In this document: piece after piece, positions 49,301 through 58,300 of the stretch
Numbering within the stretch: the stretch's first letter is position 1
Layout of the letters: each line of letters opens with the position of its first letter
Assembly: GCF_902652985.1 (NCBI RefSeq)
Contig: NC_047033.1
Location: 26,288,001 to 26,352,000, forward strand
DNA from: Pecten maximus
Lineage: Eukaryota
Direction of reading: 5' to 3'
DNA length: 64,000 nt
Notes under the pieces: generated by a model
Database searches by the model: none
The model's input: the letters and a program-made list of their open reading frames with translations, nothing else
What the model was told of the DNA's origin: nothing
Made by a program: the position numbers and the translations under genes

Positions 49301-52300
49301 TCAAAATCCAGCTAATTTCTCACAAAATCTTAAATACCAGAGGAGCTGCTACATTATATGTTTAAAACCTGAAGAAAAATCTGTGTCTTCCTCGTCATGG
49401 CCCCACCCCCTGGGCCTTGACACACTGATTTTCAATGAATGTAGTTAGTAACTAGTACGGATGGCCCCACCCCCTGGGCCTTGACACACTGATTTTAAAT
49501 TGACATGGTTAGTAACTAGTATGTATGTCCCCACCCCCTGGGCCTTGACAAACAGATTTTCAATGGACGTGGTTAGTAACTAGTATGTATACTGTGCATG
49601 ACCCAAACTACATATTTAACAAAACACACAAAAGACTATGATGACAAACTGCACTGTCTTTGACCTTCATGCACGACTGCGTATATCTCCACACCTCAGT
49701 GATTAAACTTACTGAGATCCCCAGGGAAAAGTGATCAAAACTTAAGTTGTTTAGATATGGTCACCTGTAAGCTAAAGTGAGGTACCAGCACTTATCAAGA
49801 CAAGACTCAATAAGTATCGCGGAGCAGACACCCATTCCTGGTGGAGCAGTGACATAGATTTTTGTGCTAAAAGCATGAAAATACAGAAATGTAACAAGAA
49901 TTGACCTACTAATACATGATAGTTATGCATTATCAAACCAAACCCTTAAAAGCTGAGAGAGGAGATCTCAGGATAAAGAAAAGTTTATGTAGGACAGACA
50001 TAGATGCTTTAATCAAATTTTGATGGGTACTCAAAAAGGGGCATAACTCTAGGGGCTAAAGCTAAAGCACTGACAGGTCTGCCCCTTGGAAAGTAAAAAT
50101 AATGTGTAGTATCTCCAGTGCTCTTGACTACTTGTGAGTGACACAATAAATTACCTTGACTATATGTCATTAATAACACTTATAGTAATATTGGTGACCT
50201 TGACTACCTGTCAAAAACACTAGTGTCCTCAGTGACCTTGACTACTTGTGAGTGACATCATTAATGACCTTGACTACCTGACATTAATAACACTTATAGT
50301 AATCTTGGTAACCTTGACTACCTGTCAGTAGCACTAATGGCCTAAGTGACCTGTACAGCTAGCTGTCAACAACACTAGTGTCCTCAGTGACCTTGACTAC
50401 CTGTCAGTAACTCCAGTGTCCTCAGTGACCTTGACTACCTGTCAGTAACTCTAGTGTCCTCAGTGACCTTGACTACCTGCCAGTAACACTAGTGTCCTGA
50501 GTGACCTTGACTACCTGCCAGTAACACTAGTGTCCTGAGTGACCTTGACTACCTGACAGTAACCCCAGTATCCTCAGTGACCTTGACTATAGCTACCTGT
50601 CAGTATAACTAGTGTCCTCAGTGACCTTGACTACCTGTCAGTAACACTTGTGTCCTCAGTGACCTTGACTACTTGTCAGAAACCCTAGTGTCCTCAGTGA
50701 CCTTGACTACCTGTCAGTATCACTAGTATCCTCAGTGACCTTGACTACCTGACAGTAACCCCAGTATCCTCAGTGACCTTGACTATAGCTACCTGTCAGT
50801 ATAACTAGTGTCCTCAGTGACCTTGACTACCTGTCAGTAACACTTGTGTCCTCAGTGACCTTGACTACTTGTCAGAAACCCTAGTGTCCTCAGTGACCTT
50901 GACTACCTGTCAGTATCACTAGTATCCTCAGTGACCTTGACTACCTCTCAGTAACACTTGTGTCCCCAGTGACCTTGACTACTTGTCAGAAACCCTAGTG
51001 TCCTCAGTGACCTTGACTACCTGTCAGTATCACTAGTATCCTCAGTGACCTTGACTACCTCTCAGTAACACTTGTGTCCTCAGTGACCTTGACTACTTGT
51101 CAGAAACCCTAGTGTCCTCAGTGACCTTGACTACCTGTCAGTATCACTAGTATCCTCAGTGACCTTGACTACCTCTCAGTAACACTTGTGTCCTCAGTGA
51201 CCTTGACTACTTGTCAGAAACCCTAGTGTCCTCAGTGACCTTGACTACCTGTCAATAACACTTGTGTCCTCAGTGACCTTGATTACCTGTCAGTAACACT
51301 AGTGTCCCAAGTGACCTTGACTACCTGTCAGTAACACGTGTGTCCTCATTGACCTTGACTACCTGTCAGTAACACTAATGTCTTCAGTGACCTTGACTAC
51401 CTGTCAGTAACACTAGTGTCCTGAGTGACCTTGACTACCTGTCAGTAACACTAATGTCTTCAGTGACCTTGACTACCTGTCAGTAACACTAGTGTCCTGA
51501 GTGACCTTGACTACCTGTCAGTAACACTAGTGTCCTCAGTGACCTTGACTACCTGTCAGTAACTCAAGTGTCCTCAGTGACCTTGACTACCTGTCTGTAA
51601 CTCTAGTGTCCTCAGTGACCTTGACTACCTGTCAGTAACTCTAGTGTTCTCAGTGACCTTGACTACTTGTCAGTAACACTAGTGTCCTGAGTGACCTTGA
51701 CTACCTGTCAGTAACTCTAGTGTCCTCAGTGACCTTGACTACCAGTCAGTAACACTAGTGTCCTGAGTGACCTTGACTACCTGTCAGTAACACTAATGTC
51801 CTCAGTGACCTTGACTACCTGTCAGTAACACTAGTGTCCTGAGTGATCTTGACTACCTGTCAGTAACACTAGTGTCTTCAGTGACCTTGACTACCTGTCA
51901 GTAACACTAATGTCTTCAGTGACCTTGACTACCTGTCAGTAACACTAATGTCTTCAGTGACCTTGACTACCTGTCAGTATCACCAGTGTCCTCAGTGACC
52001 TTGACTACCTGTCAGTAACACCAGTGTCCTCAGTGACCTTGACTACCTGTCAGTAACTCCAGTGTCCTCAGTGACCTTGACTACCTGTCAGTAACCCCAG
52101 TGTCCTCAGTGACCTTGACTACCTGTTGAAATCAACAGATGGAGTTTGGAATATTATCTGAATTTATTGTCAGGAAAGGAGTAGTTGGCCATAATCATCT
52201 GGATTTCAAAGCACATGCAAATCATCTTCCCTGTTTTAATTTGCATGTTATTGAATCAATTTAAACACAAATTAATTTACTGACAGAAAACAAATAAGTA

Positions 52301-55300
52301 GTTAAATAAGTACATCTGAGCACAGTGGCTGAATCAGAGGCTGAAGGATGTTTTTACCTACAAACACTAAATCAACTTACTTACCTATATAATATATAGA
52401 TATGTAAATTAATTATGCAAATGTTATTTAGTGCCAACAGACACCACTCAGATTTAACTGTATTCTGTTGATGTCCTTTGTTCATGCTGCATTAAATTTT
52501 ATGGCATTAGAAATCAACGAAATCCTAAAAAGCCAGTCAGCAGTTAGTAATTACCAACGACAAGCAATAACGATCAATTAACAAATTAATGATTACAACA
52601 ATGATAACGATACTGATCGCAAATAAGATCACGTCCTGATAAACGAGCTGCTCAAATATAGCGTGGATCATAACATGGGGTACATATTTCTGTTTCTTTT
52701 GACAATAGACAATCGTAATCAATAAAACATTTTAAAAATGGCCATAAAACCATGAAAACTTCATTATAACTAAATCAAATGTATAGTTTTCATTTTCAGA
52801 TTTTTATCACATGTAACTTTTCAGATTATGAGCACCGTGACCTCATACACTAATTTAGCAGACATAACTCCCCTAACCTCTATTCACTAATTTAGCTTAG
52901 AGACAGGTAACTTTCCAGACAAAAGAGTCCTAACCTCTGTTCACTAATTTAGCTTAGAGACAGGTAACTTTCCAGATTAAGAGAGGTCATGACCTTGGTT
53001 CAGTAACTTTCCAGATTAAGAGAGATCATGACCTTGGTTCAGTAATTTAGCAGACATAACTTTCCAGATTAGAGAGGTCATGACCTTGGTTCAGTAATTT
53101 AGCAGACATAACTTTCCAGATTAAGAGAGGTCATGATTTAGGTTCACTAGTACTGCAGATGCAGTTGCATCATCATGCATCTGATAATTATGCAAGGAAA
53201 AGGGAAGCTCTTACCATTTCCACAACTGTCAACCACTAGTGAAGGGAGACAACTCAGTTTTAAGATAAATTACAATGTTTTCATAATAACTGACACAAAC
53301 ACTGACAAAATCTGCATAAATTATCATAATCTGCATAAATTAAAGTATAGAAATATACCTATTTATTTGCCTTTTTTTTTTTTTTGTAAAAACCCATTCA
53401 CCTTCATGGCTCACATCTAGTTTCCTCATTTTTACATCACCAACATCATCAGATAACCTTTTGATGTAAAACGCTAATACCAAATGAACTAATAGCGATT
53501 ATTTGTCAATAGTCTTAGCATTTTAATATAAATAGATGTAAAAATGCAATGAAACATTGAAAGAGTTCTTTATCTTTTCCCCCCTTAGGCAACATGTTGC
53601 AAAAACTAACCTACTTCATCCAGAATTTGAATATATTTGTATTTCTTTTGCCAACAAAGTTTGATCAAGTTTTTGTACAGCACTTTTTGAGAGGTCAAAT
53701 TCACATTGAGAAGATGATAACAGTTGTTGCACTATGTCTAAAACTTATTTCATGAGCTAAAAAAATCCCTTGTATTTGACTTAAAAAATGAAGAATAAAG
53801 GATTCAGAAGATTGTAAAAAATTTCACTTTTCAACATCTTGCTATTCATACTTAAAGACTTACCCGGTGGTTCTTGTGGCCAAGGGGAGTTAACCCATTC
53901 TTGAAGGAAGTAGGTAAATCGGACAGCAACAGTGACCTTTGGCCTTGGGGTTATTTGTGTAGCCTACAATCAAAGCAGCATTATCTAAATGGCTATAAAT
54001 TTGAATTTCAGGTACATCACATATACAGAATGATAGAACTGAATTAGAAAAAAGTCAAAACACACTGGCTAATTGGTTACTGCAGAGGTACGTCCAACAG
54101 ACCGGCTAAATGGTTACTGCAGAGGTACTTCCGACAGACTGGCTAAATGGTTACTGTGGAGGTACGTCCAACAGACTGGCTAAATGGTTATACTGCGTGT
54201 TACTATTTATAACATGCAAGTTTAGCTTTAAACACGTCCAACAGACCGGCTAAATGGTTTTACTGCGAAGTACTTTTTATAACTTACAAGATTAGCTTGA
54301 AACACGTCAAACAGACCGGCTAAATGGTTATACTATGAAAGTTTTTTATAACTTACAAGTTTAGCTTTAAACACGTCCAACAGACCAGCTAAATGGTTAT
54401 ACTGAGGTGGTACCCTTTGGAACTGTATGACATCAAAGTTGATGGTGGTCCCAGACATCAAACATATCCCAGAATACATCTGTCTCCAAAAGTGCTGGAC
54501 TTGAACAAACACTGGTACAGGACTGAAATGAAGAAATTCAAATTCTGTCTTTTTTTGCATTTCTGACTCCATTATCACAAAGAAATTGTGAAAATATTTC
54601 ATCAATATCAAGGATTCTGTAAGTGTCAATCTAGTGCTTTCATTGTTGTAATTGACATTCTATTTTATCTGTACAAAAAACAAAACAAGGCACTCTGATT
54701 ACATCTTTACAAATCAGATACAGGGAGTTAATTTACATGAACAGTAAATAATTCACTCTATGCTGGAAACTCCAGGGCATGAATTTAAGTTCATACAACA
54801 AAACTTATACAGCGAAGTATTGCAAACTATATAATTATACAGAGAAGTGCTGTAAACTTATACAGAGAAGTGCTGTAAACTTATACAGAGAAGTGCTGTA
54901 AACTTATACAGAGATGTGTTGTAAACTTATACAGAGAAGTGTAAACTTATACAGAGAAGTGATGTAAACTTATACAGAGAAGTAATGTAAACTTATACAG
55001 AGAAGTGCTGTAAACTTATACAGAGAAGTGCTGTAAACTTATACAGAGAAGTGCTGTAAACTTATACAGAGAAGTGCTGTAAACTTATACAGAGAAGTGC
55101 TGTAAATTTATACAGAGAAGTGTAAACTTATACAGAGAAGTGTAAACTTATACAGAGAAGTGCTGTAAACTTATACAGAGAAGTGATGTAAACTTATACA
55201 GAGAAGTGCTGTAAACTTATACAGAGAAGTGCTGTAAACTTATACAGAGAAGTGTTGTAAACTTATACAGAGAAGTGCTGTAAACTTATACAGAGAAGTG

Positions 55301-58300
55301 CTGTAAACTTATACAGAGAAGTGCTGTAAACTTATACAGAGAAGTGCTGTAAACTTATACAGAGAAGTGCTGTAAACTTATACAGAGAAGTGTAAACTTA
55401 TACAGAGAAGTGTTGTAAACTTATACAGAGAAGTACTGTAAACCTTTACAGAGAAGTGCTGTAAACTTATACAGAGAAGTGCTATAAACTTATACAGAGA
55501 AGTGTTGTACACTTATACAGAGAAGTGCTGTACACTTATACAGAGAAGTGTAAACTTATACAGAGAAGTGTAGTAAACTTATACAGAGAAGTGTAAACTT
55601 ATACAGAGAAGTGCAGTAAACTTATACAGAGAAGTGTAAACTTATACAGATAAGTGTTGTAAACTTATACAGAGAAGTATAAACTTATACAGAGAAGTGC
55701 TGTAAACTTATACAGAGAAGTGCTGTAAACTTATACAGAGAAGTGTAGTAAACTTATACAGAGAAGTGTAAACTTATACAGAGAAGTGTAGTAAACTTAT
55801 ACAGAGAAGTGTAAACTTATACAGAGAAGTGTTGTAAACTTATACAGAGAAGTGCTGTAAACTTATACAGAGAAGTGTAGTAAACTTATACAGAGAAGTG
55901 CTGTAAACTTATACAGAGAAGTGCTGTAAACTTATACAGAGAAGTGCTGTAAACTTATACAGAGAAGTGTAAACTTATACAGAGAAGTGTTGTAAACTTA
56001 TACAGAGAAGTACTGTAAACCTTTACAGAGAAGTGCTGTAAACTTATACAGAGAAGTGCTATAAACTTATACAGAGAAGTGTTGTACACTTATACAGAGA
56101 AGTGCTGTACACTTATACAGAGAAGTGTAAACTTATACAGAGAAGTGTAGTAAACTTATACAGAGAAGTGTAAACTTATACAGAGAAGTGCAGTAAACTT
56201 ATACAGAGAAGTGTAAACTTATACAGATAAGTGTTGTAAACTTATACAGAGAAGTATAAACTTATACAGAGAAGTGCTGTAAACTTATACAGAGAAGTGC
56301 TGTAAACTTATACAGAGAAGTGTAGTAAACTTATACAGAGAAGTGTAAACTTATACAGAGAAGTGTAGTAAACTTATACAGAGAAGTGTAAACTTATACA
56401 GAGAAGTGTTGTAAACTTATACAGAGAAGTGCTGTAAACTTATACAGAGAAGTGTAGTAAACTTATACAGAGAAGTGCTGTAAACTTATACAGAGAAGTG
56501 CTGTAAACTGTCAGAGAAGTGCTGTACACTTACACAGAGAAGTAGTGTATAATTATACAGATAAATGCTGTAAACTCACCAGCCAGCATTACTCAGGGCT
56601 ATGGAGACTGAACTCAACAGCAGTTTGATTCGACTTTCACTGTCGATAGCGTCAGACTTACTGGAGGGTGCTATCACAACAAACTCCTGTAAGCCGTACC
56701 TGTAATGATATGATCATTTCATCCTTAGGAATAACTCTTATTCAACTTTAGGATACACCCATCTGTCTATATAGGATATTACACACTTTCACCCTTCTGT
56801 CTATGTATATCAATTCTATGCTGTTTTAGTTTTAGCTTGATCCTCAGGGTTAATTAGTTTTAGAATATATGTACACTTGTCTTAAATTGATAATACATAT
56901 ATAAGTTAAAAAAAAGATTATCATAAAATTGGAAATTTATACCAGAGTATTAAGTTCAAATAAATATATAATTGACTGGAAAAATTATATCTATGGTGAA
57001 AACAGTGTTAAGAAGGTATTGCTAACCAATACTAATCTGGTCAAATAATTGGCATTTGTCAGTAAAGAGATACAGAAAAAGATCTTGACCTTGATATTTT
57101 ACCTCAGTGTGCATATTTTTGTAAATTGAACATCCAAATTTCATGTAAATCCGTCAATAAATACTTAAGTTATCAGCCGGGAACTAAATTCATGGACAGA
57201 CAGAGTGATTACTATAGTGCACCTGTATCGCCAATATGGGGCCCTTATAAAGAAACAGTGTATGAAGTTTGAATTTCAAAGGTTGACATAAAAACTTACT
57301 GTCTGGAAAGCAAATCTATCTTTAGTCACAGTGACCTAATTCTTTGACCTTTTGACCTGAAATCCCTAGCAAGCAGTTTGAGTTCTATCTGTCCTTTAAC
57401 TTATTAGTTATTGACTGGAAATGATGATGACAGATGGAATGATAGATAAACAACGGCATTACAGTATCCTCTTCTGGGCCTAGTTGTTCAAAAGGTGATT
57501 CACTTAATCACTTGATTAGTGAAAATTTCATTTCTCATTTGTTGCAAAACCTGTCTGTATATCGTCTTGAAATTATGCCAGTTGGAAGAGAACAAAGAAC
57601 AACAGAATTTCATAAAGTTTTGTCAAGTAAGTTCTACCAGAAACTTTTATATCAAGATTTGAAAAATGTTGTTGAAATCTAGCTAATCACCTTTTGAACA
57701 ACCGGGCCCAGATCTCAAATCGGGGAGACAGACAAAGTGTACTTACAACCGAGACAGGAAGTGTGCCTTAGAAGGGAAGTCATTCTCGGTATTCATCATA
57801 TCCATCATCACTGTAGGTATCACGTCTGTAATAAAATCGAAGGTACACCATTACAGGGGCTAAGCTCTCTGTATTATGTTGGTGGACAGTTAAATTTGTT
57901 TAGAGGAACAAGGACGTATCTCCAACATGGAGTGCTTAGAAGTAAAGGGTCGTATCTCAAATTTATCAATTTTTAGATTTTATTAAATTACAACTACGAG
58001 TGAGATTTTGTAATAGAATTTGTACATTATATAAAATTAAATGGTCTAATTCTGTTAAAATACTACCTGATTTAAAAGAATTAGACAATTTCCATTGATA
58101 TAAAGTACATATTCTATAAGAAAAACTCAGTCAGAATTGTAATTTATCAAAATAAAAAAATTGATAAATTTGAGATACGGTCCTTTTCTTCTAAGCACTC
58201 CATGTTGGAGATACATCCCTGTTCCTCTAAACAAACAGTAGGCAAGGTGGCGGAAGTATTGTATGTCAATAAACAGATGAAACACTGTACATGACCCCAC

